Counted from the stretch's first letter, positions 42,183 through 51,500 are shown. The stretch is DNA of 64,000 bases from Synechococcus sp. (GCA_047285305.1 JBJBDL010000003.1:1856001-1920000); one strand, 5' to 3'. Program-made: numbers and translations. The notes: generated by a model from the letters alone, not told the origin.

Positions 42183-42389
42183 CTAAGGGTGTTCCGCCGT
42201 TTGCGATGCCGGAGCAGGCGGCACGCGGTTATCCACGCGCAACGGAGAAAACAGCACAAGGTTGCCTGCCACAAGGCCTGCGGTGACAACAACAGCCGCA
42301 AGAACCTCTAAACCCTCGGATGTTTTGGCCTGCATGCCTCGAGCATGCGCCGTTGGATTGCCAATGGCGAGGCCTTGTTCGGCTTTCAA
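42183..42389 (-). CDS. Small membrane protein
   Basis: Single TM; likely start at the internal MQAK. Confidence 0.5.
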   Translation of the reverse strand: MKAEQGLAIGNPTAHARGMQAKTSEGLEVLAAVVVTAGLVAGNLVLFSPLRVDNRVPPAPASQTAEHP

Positions 42390-42688
42390 CGTGTGCGAAC
42401 AAACGGAGTCAGTTGATACGTCAACTTTCGAACCAGGAGAGTTACGACAGTGCAGTTGATGCGCCCAGCCCTGTGTCGCTCATCTCACGATTTCACGACG
42501 GCACGGGTGATGTGCCTCCGATCAAGTTCGAGACCGGGCATCAGGGAAAGGAGGCAGAGCGCCTGACTCGATTCATCTGGAATCAAGTGATTCAACTGCT
42601 GCTGGCCGGCAAGGAGTTAGAAGCCAACTCGCTGTTGGAAGAATTTGATGAACCACCCCTTTAGGACGACCCACTCGACTGACAGACC

Positions 42689-42781
42689 ATGGGAACTCCA
42701 CTCACGCAATGGCTTCAACTGGTGGGCTGGGTGCTGGTCGCCACAACCCTGATTTGCCTAAGTGCAACCGGAGTTTTCTGA
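42689..42781 (+). CDS. 30-aa single-TM microprotein
   Basis: MGTPLTQWLQLVGWVLVATTLICLSATGVF. Confidence 0.4.
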   Translation: MGTPLTQWLQLVGWVLVATTLICLSATGVF

Positions 42782-42862
42782 GTTGATCGGTTAAACACCC
42801 CCCCTTAATAGCAATCAATCTGACCTGCAAAATCAGTAATCAATAACATCGGAATAGATCCG

Positions 42863-42876
42863 GTATGACTTGCTAC
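42863..42876 (+). promoter_or_regulatory. NtcA-type box GTA-N8-TAC upstream of ferredoxin
   Basis: GTA TGACTTGC TAC, ~80 bp before the ATG. Confidence 0.45.
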
Positions 42877-42957
42877 ATCGATCCCAAAGTCTTCCTTGAA
42901 TGCATCAGCCGGGGCATGCGATTGGATTTTTGATTGATGCATGCATTGATTGAACCA

Positions 42958-43248
42958 ATGGCTTCGTATCAAATCACGATCACCACATCGGAATGCTCCT
43001 CCAGCTTTGCCTGTGCCGACGATCAGTACATCCTTGATGCTGCAGAGGAAGCTGGCGCTGATCTGCCCTATTCATGCCGAGCTGGTGCCTGCTCCACCTG
43101 CGCAGGCAAGCTCTCGAGTGGCTCTCTTGATCAGTCGGATCAGAGCTTTTTGGACGACGAACAAATCGCCAAAGGATTTGCCCTGCTTTGCGTGGCTTAC
43201 CCAACAAGTGATTGCCAGATCAAAGGAGAAGCCGAAGAGGACCTCTGA
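42958..43248 (+). CDS. petF: Plant-type [2Fe-2S] ferredoxin
   Basis: [41 protein letters not shown]. Confidence 0.95.
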   Translation: MASYQITITTSECSSSFACADDQYILDAAEEAGADLPYSCRAGACSTCAGKLSSGSLDQSDQSFLDDEQIAKGFALLCVAYPTSDCQIKGEAEEDL

Positions 43249-43293
43249 ACTGACAAACCCCATATTCGAGATTCAATTCCGGGGACTCCCGCT

Positions 43294-43325
43294 GGGGAAC
43301 AATCAACGCCTGTCCCCCCTTTTTT
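43294..43325 (+). terminator. Probable terminator after ferredoxin
   Basis: GGGGAACA..TGTCCCC imperfect stem plus T run. Confidence 0.55.
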
Positions 43326-43485
43326 GACCAGCTCCAGACCATTCACATCAGCAACCACCTAATTGGCCCAGGCTGAATTCACCAGGGATAGGCACCCAAT
43401 GCCACCATGGTTCTCCCGTTGATTTACACCTGCGCTGAAGGCGGAGGCACCTGCAAAGGGTGTGGCTTCGCTTGCCAAGCAAGGA

Positions 43486-43647
43486 TTAGAGGCCAAAGAA
43501 AGCAAGGACTGCTTCTAAGGCTCCAAGACCCAACAGAAAAACACCAGCGAGCAAGGCAAAGTCTTTTTTGGAGTTAGCCACAGATGCAACGGTTGCTCCG
43601 ACGAACGCCAACAGGACGAACCTAAAGAGAATCGGAAGGGCAAACAT
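43486..43647 (-). CDS. 53-aa two-TM microprotein
   Basis: MFALPILFRFVLLAFVGATVASVANSKKDFALLAGVFLLGLGALEAVLAFFGL. Confidence 0.5.
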   Translation of the reverse strand: MFALPILFRFVLLAFVGATVASVANSKKDFALLAGVFLLGLGALEAVLAFFGL

Positions 43648-43777
43648 TGCGGAGGATGTACGTCTCCGATGATTTATGTAAACCCGCTGCGGTGCAGGGA
43701 GTTAACGGCTTGATACCAACGTTGAGCTTCGTAATTCCTCTCAAAGGAGGCAATTGGCATGACGAAAGGCAACCCTT

Positions 43778-44301
43778 CTAAAAACTGCTCTGGCTCTGCC
43801 CAACGAAGCGGCCCGCGTAGTGCTCTTCACCATCCATGCGCTGAAAGATGAACTGACAGATCAGCGTGCCTGGCACCACCGCCAGTGGAGCCGGACCAAA
43901 GTTGCTCATTTCCAGCACCTGCTAACTGTCAATCCCCGGCCCCATGAGTAATGCACTGATGTGCATCATCAGCCCGAGGTGAGCAGTGCGACTACGGCCC
44001 TCAAGCCAACCGCAAAGGCCTGGGCCAAGCCTGACCCGTTCACGGGTGATCCCCAGCACGGTCTCCCCCGGCATGATCAGGATGTGCCCGTCCTCGGGGA
44101 TCTCGAGCTTGTCGGTACATTTGCGGTAGTCGGTGCGATCGCGCACCTCGATCACTTCATGCACCTTGCGGAACACCCGGAACGTGTAGCCGAGGGTGAG
44201 ATCCACAGATGCCGGCCCAATATGGTCGGCATTGAAGGACGTGATCGCGATCAGGCTTCATCAACCGCTCGAAGAATGGCCTGACGTCCAAGCACCGCCA
44301 T
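43778..44301 (-). pseudogene. dcd: dCTP deaminase pseudogene
   Basis: MAVLGRQAIL.. frameshift ..IGPASVDLTLG..EGRS..GPGIDS*QVLEMSNFG..ICQFIF. Confidence 0.88.
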
Positions 44302-44337
44302 GATCCAATCCCTTGCTGGGCCATGAGTATGGACGCC

Positions 44338-44490
44338 TCAGACGCCCGGATGCTCAAACAGAACCGTCGACAGTTCTGACTCGCTCAGCTCGACGACGTC
44401 TTGAGTCTGATGCTGCTCAAGCGGTGGAGCTTCGGGGAGCCGGAAGGCTTTTTGGAGGTCTGTCTTGATGGCACCAAAGAGGTAGGTCAT
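44338..44490 (-). CDS. 50-aa hypothetical protein
   Basis: MTYLFGAIKTDLQKAFRLPEAPPLEQHQTQDVVELSESELSTVLFEHPGV. Confidence 0.4.
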   Translation of the reverse strand: MTYLFGAIKTDLQKAFRLPEAPPLEQHQTQDVVELSESELSTVLFEHPGV

Positions 44491-44505
44491 AAAAAAAGAC
44501 CACCC

Positions 44506-44700
44506 TCAGACCGGACATTTGAAAACCTTCAGCCGGCGCCCCTCATCCGTTTGAACATGCCCTGACTGGACACAACCAAGCTCTGCTGGGGGCAGCCGAG
44601 AACCGATGTGGATCGTGAAACGCTCAGAACTTTTGGCTCCAGACGCCAACACCAAAACGAAAGCTGCAAGTGAGAGGAGAGACGTGAGCAGCACTCGCAT
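44506..44700 (-). CDS. Small exported protein
   Basis: Signal peptide, 2 Cys. Confidence 0.6.
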   Translation of the reverse strand: MRVLLTSLLSLAAFVLVLASGAKSSERFTIHIGSRLPPAELGCVQSGHVQTDEGRRLKVFKCPV

Positions 44701-44804
44701 CTGCCGTTCAGCGCAACGGGTTCAAGTCTGGCTGGGAGATCCTTCGGGTGGTGGAGCCTCGAAGCAGAAACCCATTCCTAGGCTTGCCTGGCGAGAGCGA
44801 GCAA

Positions 44805-45248
44805 ATGGATCAGACCAGAGAGCCGGTTGGTCATCTAAGCGCGATCATCGGGATCGGCCTCCTGCTGATTGGCCTCGTTGTCTTTGGAGTGGTCCAACAG
44901 AAAGCCTGGAGCCATCAAGCGGAACTCACCCAAAGCTTCGAGGAATGCATGGAGAGCGCACCCTTCAAAAAATCTCTAAGGATGCCGAGGCCAGAGGCTG
45001 TACTCACTGACGAGCAACTGCAAAACCACTTTGACGCGTTTGATCAGCTGCTCAAAGAAACAGGTTTACCGCCCATTTGGAATGGCAAAACCTTGGTTGC
45101 ATGGAAGGAATTCCACAAAAACTCAATTGAATTTGCAAGCCAATGCCATGGCCAGCTGGGCATCGATCAGCCTCAACGACAACTGAAGGGCACCTACGCC
45201 AAACCCGTTTGGGATCCGAACTCTCCCATCTGGCGGCAGGCTGATTGA
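44805..45248 (+). CDS. Membrane-anchored hypothetical protein
   Basis: N-terminal TM, ETGLPPIWNG. Confidence 0.7.
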   Translation: MDQTREPVGHLSAIIGIGLLLIGLVVFGVVQQKAWSHQAELTQSFEECMESAPFKKSLRMPRPEAVLTDEQLQNHFDAFDQLLKETGLPPIWNGKTLVAWKEFHKNSIEFASQCHGQLGIDQPQRQLKGTYAKPVWDPNSPIWRQAD

Positions 45249-45646
45249 TGAGCACGCGTGGGTTCAAAGGGCTCTACCTGCAAGCCACCGCTGATCCCCG
45301 CTGCTTTTCATTTATGACCTACACACCACAAACCAGAGAACAAATGCTGGCTTGTGGAGACCTGAATGAAGACGAAGAATATTTCAATCCAGTGATTTTT
45401 GATTTTCTTTTGTTCGCATCGGAAGCGGCCCTTGGAACACCAGCCGGCAACCCATTCCCTATCACCTACGACGACATCTCAATCATCACATCACGACAAA
45501 GAGGCTCGGGCATTCAGCACGAATATCTGATCAGGATCTCAGATTATGACTGGAATGATGCAAAGCATCTTGCATTGGATCAACTCCAAGACGTGTTAAC
45601 GAGTGCGCGATGGAATGGAGCTCGGCTCACGGATTTGCGCGATTGA
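45248..45646 (+). CDS. Hypothetical protein
   Basis: Coupled to the previous ORF; RQRGSGIQHEYLIR. Confidence 0.75.
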   Translation: MSTRGFKGLYLQATADPRCFSFMTYTPQTREQMLACGDLNEDEEYFNPVIFDFLLFASEAALGTPAGNPFPITYDDISIITSRQRGSGIQHEYLIRISDYDWNDAKHLALDQLQDVLTSARWNGARLTDLRD

Positions 45647-45917
45647 AACAGCATCAAACCGCCGAGTGAGGCCCGAGTCCTTTAGCTTGCCGGCCTCAGC
45701 AGCCATCCCCATGATCCCAGAGCCCCACGAGCCCTTTGACATCAACCGAAAGGACGACTCGATCTTCCTGCTCGGTTCCATGTTCATTTTGATCTTCCTC
45801 TTCCTTCTTTAAAAGAGAAAAGGATTATCCTCAGCATCAACGAAAAAGCACCTGCTCCAACCGACAGGTTATCTTTTGCTATTGGATTGCCATCAACGAA
45901 TCGTTGCCAGGAAAAAT

Positions 45918-46169
45918 TCAGCGGCGCGGCAGGCTCACTTGATACATCGTTTCGGCAGCAGGTTTCCATTGCACAAGGTGAAGTCTGTCGATCTTGTTGT
46001 TGTCCAAACAATCCCAGATTGTGGCTCCAGACAGTGTTGCCATCGACCACACATCACCCTGACTTTTCATCTGCTTGCGATTGCGATCTTTCCATCCCGT
46101 CCAGTTGATTTTTGGGTATGAGCCAACTTGATCACTCAGAATCACCACCGTGAATTCCACCGAACGCAA
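45918..46169 (-). CDS. Hypothetical protein
   Basis: 83-aa ORF with plausible composition. Confidence 0.55.
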   Translation of the reverse strand: MRSVEFTVVILSDQVGSYPKINWTGWKDRNRKQMKSQGDVWSMATLSGATIWDCLDNNKIDRLHLVQWKPAAETMYQVSLPRR

Positions 46170-46216
46170 ACCAAAACCGGCCGAAACTCTAAGTTATTGA
46201 ACTTCAATTCCCTGGT

Positions 46217-46414
46217 TCAGTCCACGGGTTTGCGCCAAATCCGCCACACCAGCCAGCCGGTCACCCCGAGCCAGAGGAACGCCACAGCCGAAAGGATCGG
46301 AACGACGATCAGATAGCTCCACACCCCCATGGCCACCCAGGCGAGCAGAGACGTGATCAACGACTTCTGAAAGTTGTTGGCCTCAGCGAGACGCTGCTGA
46401 AAGAGAGATCTCAC
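46217..46414 (-). CDS. Small two-TM protein
   Basis: Hydrophobic Trp-rich C-terminal part; start uncertain. Confidence 0.55.
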   Translation of the reverse strand: MRSLFQQRLAEANNFQKSLITSLLAWVAMGVWSYLIVVPILSAVAFLWLGVTGWLVWRIWRKPVD

Positions 46415-46442
46415 GCTGTTGCTCGATGCTCCATGCCTTCCT

Positions 46443-47012
46443 CTAGCTACGGATGCCCTCAGCGACCGCAACGCTAAAGCCCTCCTGGGTCCAGAGGCGG
46501 AGGGTATAACTCGAACCATGCAGCCATGCCGCGGCCCCGTCCGGAGCAAAGGTCACATTCGCCAGTCCGCCGCCCAGCCCTAAACCCGCTGCCTTCAATA
46601 CAGCCTCCTTCGCCGTCCAGGCCTGAATCAGCGTCCAATGCTCCAGGCAGTCCGCCGCTTCAGCGGCCGAGGCAAACATGCGCCGCTTCAGCAGTTCAGA
46701 CGCCACACGCAACGGCCGATCCAGCGCTTCAACATCAATGCCAATCGGATCCGGCCCCACCACTCCGATGCTGAGGGATCCGGTGTTGGAAATGCTGTGT
46801 TGCAGCGGGGAATTGCGCAGCTGCGGCTTGCCGTAGATCGTGCGACCGATGTCATCCGCAGCAACCATCTGGCCTGCATCGGCGAACAGCCGGCAGGTGA
46901 GGCTGTCGCTCAAGGCCCGCTGCTCAGCGCGCGTCGGGGGCTGAGCGAAATGGGCCACCAACACCCGACGTCGCGAGCTGGGGATCGACCACCAGGACCA
47001 AGCTGCGTCCAA
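46443..47012 (-). CDS. 4'-phosphopantetheinyl transferase (Sfp-like)
   Basis: YGKPQL, SISNT, IGIDVE, WTAKEAVLKA. Confidence 0.88.
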   Translation of the reverse strand: MDAAWSWWSIPSSRRRVLVAHFAQPPTRAEQRALSDSLTCRLFADAGQMVAADDIGRTIYGKPQLRNSPLQHSISNTGSLSIGVVGPDPIGIDVEALDRPLRVASELLKRRMFASAAEAADCLEHWTLIQAWTAKEAVLKAAGLGLGGGLANVTFAPDGAAAWLHGSSYTLRLWTQEGFSVAVAEGIRS

Positions 47013-47015
47013 AGC

Positions 47016-48536
47016 TCAATCCTGAACAGGCGGCACGGGCACCGGCGGCAGAGCTGGCGGCGGCATCACCGATAGGGCTGGCTCATCAAGAAGAACCTCG
47101 GCGGGATTCAACATCGGCTCATCGAGCACAATCGGCGGCGGCAGATCGGGGGGCAACGGCACAAACGGCTGCGGCTCTGTCCAGCTGTCATCGGAGCTGA
47201 CATCTGAGCTGGCATCGGAACCGAGTTCAGCCGGCTCCGGCTCCCGGATCACAGCCGTTGGCTCGCGCAACACCAAAGGATCCGCCGTGATCGGGGGTTC
47301 CCGCAGGGGTGCACGGTCCAGATCGACGCTGCGGTCGTCAGCATCCGCGGGCAAACCCGGCTTAGTGAGGTTGTTGGAGGGCCCCCAGATCATCCGGGCC
47401 AGGGGTTCCACGCCCTGTTCCATCACCCGGTTCAAGCCCGCCAGAGCGCGATCGGCGAGGTGATTGCCGAAAGACGACATACAGTCGAGCGGGCCATCGC
47501 AACCCTCATCCAGCGCCAGCTTGGGCGTCAGCGCCGCGATCAGATTGCCCTGCAAGGGTATCTGGCGGGGGCTCAACCGCAACAGATAAGGCACATGCAC
47601 AAAGCTGGTGGCACCGCCGCTGATCCAGTTGGCATCTTCTTCGGTGAAACCCTTCACCCCAGGGATGATCAAACGACTCTTCGAGGCATGGTCGGGCATG
47701 TAGGCCGCCAGATAGCCCCGGCGACGGGCGAGGTCTTTGGTCTGCTCGAGGGTCAGACCGTCACGGCTCATCAACACCTCCATATAACCGTCTAGACGCA
47801 GGCCCATCACCATGCGGATCCTCGGCAGGTAGTAGCGGATACGCTGGCCCATGCTGATGCTGTAGGCCCCCTTATAGATTTCCGGCGGAGCCTCGATGTC
47901 GTTGTAGAGGCTATGCAACCCGCCGATGAAGGTTTCGTAGATGCGGCTGCGCTCATCGGTCAGCTCGCCGTAGCCGAAATCAATGCTTCCGTTTTGGCGG
48001 ATGCCGACGAAGGCTCGTTGGCGTGAAGCCGAGCGGTTACGACCGCGCCAGACCTGCTTGCCGAATTTGAGATCCCCCAGTGGAACAGTGATCTCGCGGC
48101 CATCGTCGTCCACATGGCGCTCGTACATCGGGCCGGACACGTAGGCCAGGGCAGCGCTGTCCTGGTAGGCGTCCTGTTCGCGATCCCAACCCTCCAGGAG
48201 CCCGAAGCGCACCCGCCGTGGATCGAGATCCAACGCGTAAACCTCATCATTGGGGATGTAGCGGAACGGCTTGGCATACCGGCCGCGCTGCTGGGCCGAA
48301 CGAATAGCTTGCTGCTGCAGCTCGGAGCGCTCGGGAGCTACAGGCGCCAAGGCGAACAATCCGCCTAACACCACAAACGGCATGGCCAGCAAGAGACAGC
48401 GCTTGCGCAGACGGATCCTGCGCTTGGGTCGGGTCCTGTGTCGCGGCGCAGCAGGCTGAGTCACGCGACCCTTCGCTCTCGGTTGTTGGGTATTGGATCG
48501 AACCAAGGAACGATGGAGCCTTCGGCCACCAGCCAT
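47016..48536 (-). CDS. Membrane-anchored protein with Pro-rich tail; possible divergent phosphodiester-glycosidase-like domain
   Basis: N-terminal TM; GLTLEQ..LARRRGYLAAYMPDHASKS pattern; start uncertain. Confidence 0.75.
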   Translation of the reverse strand: MAGGRRLHRSLVRSNTQQPRAKGRVTQPAAPRHRTRPKRRIRLRKRCLLLAMPFVVLGGLFALAPVAPERSELQQQAIRSAQQRGRYAKPFRYIPNDEVYALDLDPRRVRFGLLEGWDREQDAYQDSAALAYVSGPMYERHVDDDGREITVPLGDLKFGKQVWRGRNRSASRQRAFVGIRQNGSIDFGYGELTDERSRIYETFIGGLHSLYNDIEAPPEIYKGAYSISMGQRIRYYLPRIRMVMGLRLDGYMEVLMSRDGLTLEQTKDLARRRGYLAAYMPDHASKSRLIIPGVKGFTEEDANWISGGATSFVHVPYLLRLSPRQIPLQGNLIAALTPKLALDEGCDGPLDCMSSFGNHLADRALAGLNRVMEQGVEPLARMIWGPSNNLTKPGLPADADDRSVDLDRAPLREPPITADPLVLREPTAVIREPEPAELGSDASSDVSSDDSWTEPQPFVPLPPDLPPPIVLDEPMLNPAEVLLDEPALSVMPPPALPPVPVPPVQD

Positions 48537-49135
48537 TGCTGGTAACGCTCGCCGCAGTCATGGCCTCCCGTCAACTGCCCGAAAGAAGGAATCACCAGAC
48601 GCGGTCCTTCCGGATCAAAGGCGAAGCAGGGCAAACGCAACTGATCGGAACGGCTGCGAATCCGGGTGGTGGGGTGCAGGTGACCGCACATGTTCAACAA
48701 CCCCGGCTCCGGGACCCGTTCGGGCATGTGGCTCAACCAGAGATTGCCCAGACGCTGAGAAGGCTGCTGGGGCAAGCCTTCAATCCAGCCGTCCTGGTCA
48801 TGGTTGCCACCGATCAGCACCACCGGGCAACCACAGAGATCGGGCAGCGCCAGCAGGATTTCGCGCAGGGAAGCGGTGATGCCGATCCGGGCATGCACGA
48901 GATCACCCAGCACAAACAAGCGCTTAGGTAACCATGCATGGCAGAGCTCCAGCAGCGGATTCAGGGTTCCTTGATCCCCATCGCTGGGCATGGGGATCCC
49001 ATGGGCCTGGAACACCTCGGCCTTGCCGAGATGCAGGTCGGCAACAAACAACTCCCGCCCCTCAGCCCGCCACAACGCCCGCTGGGGCAGAAACGTCAGT
49101 GGGCTGTCGCCCCAGGACCACTCCAATGCGGTCAT
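48461..49135 (-). CDS. pdeM: Ligase-associated metallophosphoesterase PdeM
   Basis: ADLHLGK, LGDLVH, GGNHD, CGHLHP, PSFGQLTGG. Confidence 0.88.
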   Translation of the reverse strand: MTALEWSWGDSPLTFLPQRALWRAEGRELFVADLHLGKAEVFQAHGIPMPSDGDQGTLNPLLELCHAWLPKRLFVLGDLVHARIGITASLREILLALPDLCGCPVVLIGGNHDQDGWIEGLPQQPSQRLGNLWLSHMPERVPEPGLLNMCGHLHPTTRIRSRSDQLRLPCFAFDPEGPRLVIPSFGQLTGGHDCGERYQQWLVAEGSIVPWFDPIPNNRERRVA

Positions 49136-49176
49136 GGACTGTGAAGATCGCAGATCTGTAGCGCTGGCTGCATTGG

Positions 49177-49404
49177 ATGGCTGATGTCGTGCCGCAAGCT
49201 TCGGATGCCTCCAGAAGACTCATTTTGGCGCGGAGCAATGGCCTCCACCAGGTCGCGAATTCAACCCTGCGCACGCTCGAACAACGCTTGAGCCTGCTGG
49301 AAGAGGAAGGCCGTTTCGAATGTGCCTACGCCCTGAGGATGGAAGTAGCCGACTGGCTGCTTGGGGCAAGGGATGCCAACCTGAGCACACCATCGTTGAC
49401 CTGA
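49177..49404 (+). CDS. Hypothetical protein
   Basis: LEEEGRFECAYALRMEVADWL. Confidence 0.65.
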   Translation: MADVVPQASDASRRLILARSNGLHQVANSTLRTLEQRLSLLEEEGRFECAYALRMEVADWLLGARDANLSTPSLT

Positions 49405-49411
49405 CTCTTCC

Positions 49412-49492
49412 ATGACCATTGCCCTGCTGATCGCGCTAGCGGGTTCCCTGGCGGCAATGGCCGTAATCGTGCGTCGTCTGGAACAGCCTTGA
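49412..49492 (+). CDS. 26-aa single-TM peptide coupled to the channel gene
   Basis: MTIALLIALAGSLAAMAVIVRRLEQP; TGA overlaps the ATG of the next gene. Confidence 0.45.
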   Translation: MTIALLIALAGSLAAMAVIVRRLEQP

Positions 49493-50565
49493 TGCGAAGG
49501 GTCCGGCGCTGGTCCGTCGTCCTCGCGCTGGCCTACTTCGGCAGCGCACTGCCCCTGCAGGCCAATCAACTGAAGGTGGGGATCAGTGGATCGGCCCCCT
49601 TCGTGATCAAGAACGGCGATCAGCTCAGCGGCATCAGCCTCAACATCTGGCGCCGCGTCGCCGAAGACAACAACCTCAGCTATGAGCTGGTGGAGCAGCC
49701 ATCCCCCAAAGCCGGGATTGAGGCGGTGGATAACGGTGAGATCGACGTGCTGGTGGGCCCGATCAGCATCACTTCACGCCGCCTGGCCATGCCGGGCATT
49801 GACTTCACCCAGCCCTACTACCTGGGCAAATCCGGGGTGTTGCTGCCGATGCGCCCGCCGTCAATCCTGAGCCGCATTCAGGTGTTCTTCGGCTGGGCGG
49901 TGATCTCCTCGGTGCTGGTGCTGCTCAGCGTTCTACTGGTCGTAGGGAGCCTGATCTGGCTGGCGGAACGCAACCGCAACAGTGAGCAGTTTCCGCAGGA
50001 CTGGCTACCGGGCATCAGCAGCGGAATGTGGTTCGCCCTGGTGACCTTGACCACGGTGGGCTACGGCGACAAGGCGCCGATCACACGAACGGGCCGGGGC
50101 ATCACCGGTGCCTGGATGGTGATCTCCCTGATCGCGGTGTCGTCCCTCACCGCCAGTCTTGCCTCGGCGTTCACCCTATTCCTATCCGGTCCCACCGAAT
50201 CGGGCATCAGCGCTCCTGCACAACTGAACGGACGTCGGGTTGCTGTGGTGATGGGCACCAGTGGCATGGAGCTGGCCCAACGAGGCGACATGCGGATCGT
50301 TAGCGCCACCAACCTAAGGAGCGCCGTTCAACTGTTGGTTGATCAGAAGGCTGATGCCTTGATCTTTGATCGACCGGCCATTCGCTACCACCTCAAAAAC
50401 AACCCCGATCTCGCCCTGCGCCTCGCCCCCTTCACCCTTTCGGAAGAGACCTACGGCTTCGTGATCAAACCGGACAGCCCATTGCGCACGCCCATGGACG
50501 TCTCCATCCTCAAATTTCAACGGCAGGGGAAGGTTGCAGCCATTGCCAACCGGCTGCTGAATTGA
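49492..50565 (+). CDS. GluR0-like ligand-gated K+ channel
   Basis: Split periplasmic-binding domain (PISITSRR, FDRPAIRY) around TM-pore-TM with TLTTVGYGD. Confidence 0.88.
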   Translation: MRRVRRWSVVLALAYFGSALPLQANQLKVGISGSAPFVIKNGDQLSGISLNIWRRVAEDNNLSYELVEQPSPKAGIEAVDNGEIDVLVGPISITSRRLAMPGIDFTQPYYLGKSGVLLPMRPPSILSRIQVFFGWAVISSVLVLLSVLLVVGSLIWLAERNRNSEQFPQDWLPGISSGMWFALVTLTTVGYGDKAPITRTGRGITGAWMVISLIAVSSLTASLASAFTLFLSGPTESGISAPAQLNGRRVAVVMGTSGMELAQRGDMRIVSATNLRSAVQLLVDQKADALIFDRPAIRYHLKNNPDLALRLAPFTLSEETYGFVIKPDSPLRTPMDVSILKFQRQGKVAAIANRLLN

Positions 50566-50575
50566 CACTGAAGCC

Positions 50576-50812
50576 TCAGGCCAGAGGGCGATGACGACGC
50601 AGGGCCTCTTCCAACAGATAGGCGGCCAGATTGCCGCAACTGCGCCCTTCAGCGAGGGCATGACGCTTGAGGTCATCCATCACCCCGCGGGGCAGGGTGA
50701 CGTTGATGCGCTCGGAACCAGCCGCATCCGCCACCGCAGCCGTGCTGGGAGCCGCGGCCTGGCCTTCAATCCGCTGCTGCAACTCCTGAACCAGATCCTG
50801 AAGGAGAGACAC
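50576..50812 (-). CDS. CopG/ribbon-helix-helix protein
   Basis: ERINVTLP..LKRHALAEGRSCGNLAAYLLEEAL. Confidence 0.8.
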   Translation of the reverse strand: MSLLQDLVQELQQRIEGQAAAPSTAAVADAAGSERINVTLPRGVMDDLKRHALAEGRSCGNLAAYLLEEALRRHRPLA

Positions 50813-50843
50813 AATTTCGTGAAAATATGATCACAATATACAA

Positions 50844-50877
50844 ACGATATCGTGCTAGACAAGATTGCGTAATCTTG
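50844..50877. promoter_or_regulatory. Two palindromes in a divergent promoter
   Basis: ACGATATCGT and CAAGATT-gcgt-AATCTTG. Confidence 0.45.
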
Positions 50878-50897
50878 GGCACATCTTTTGAGGCGCC

Positions 50898-51500
50898 ATG
50901 CAACCACTGCCGCTGAAGCTTGCTCCCGGCAGTGATCTGCGCCTCAGCCTCGAAGAACTGGCCCAGCGAGACGGCATCAGCGGCTTTGTTCTCGGCGTGG
51001 TCGGCAACCTGACCAAGGCATCCTTTCAGTGCCCCGGCCAGGCGGAGCCCACCGTGTTGGAGGGCGATCTTGAGGTAATCACCCTCAATGGAACCTTTTC
51101 CCCTCAGGGCGTGCACCTGCACCTGAGCCTCTCGGATGGGGCCTGCCAGGTGTGGGGAGGCCACCTGGAGCCCGGCACGATCGTGCAGAAGGGCGTCGAT
51201 CTGCTGATTGGCGTGCTGGAGCAACGCGAAGGCCGCCAAGCGCGTCAGACCGCAGCACCCCGGATCGAGATCGCCGTGCTGCCGGGATGCCCCTGGTGCA
51301 GCCGCGCCCTGCGCATCCTGAGAACCCTGGATCTGCCCCACAACGTCACCACCGTCAACGACGACGCAGCCTTCCAGGCCGTGCAACAGCGCAGTGGGAT
51401 GACCACCTTCCCCCAGGTGTTCATCGACGAATCAGTGATTGGTGGCTACGACGATCTCGCCGCCATGCAAGCCGCTGGTGAACTCGACGCCCTCCGCTGA
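50898..51500 (+). CDS. PPC (DUF296) domain fused to glutaredoxin
   Basis: LAPGSDL, HLHLSLSD..VWGGHL; then CPWC, TFPQVFI, IGGYDDL. Confidence 0.88.
   Translation: MQPLPLKLAPGSDLRLSLEELAQRDGISGFVLGVVGNLTKASFQCPGQAEPTVLEGDLEVITLNGTFSPQGVHLHLSLSDGACQVWGGHLEPGTIVQKGVDLLIGVLEQREGRQARQTAAPRIEIAVLPGCPWCSRALRILRTLDLPHNVTTVNDDAAFQAVQQRSGMTTFPQVFIDESVIGGYDDLAAMQAAGELDALR

Noticed and set aside
44338..44490. ELSESELSTV as a Nif11/double-glycine RiPP leader
   Set aside because: No GG/GA cleavage site, no Cys-containing core, and no modifying enzyme nearby.
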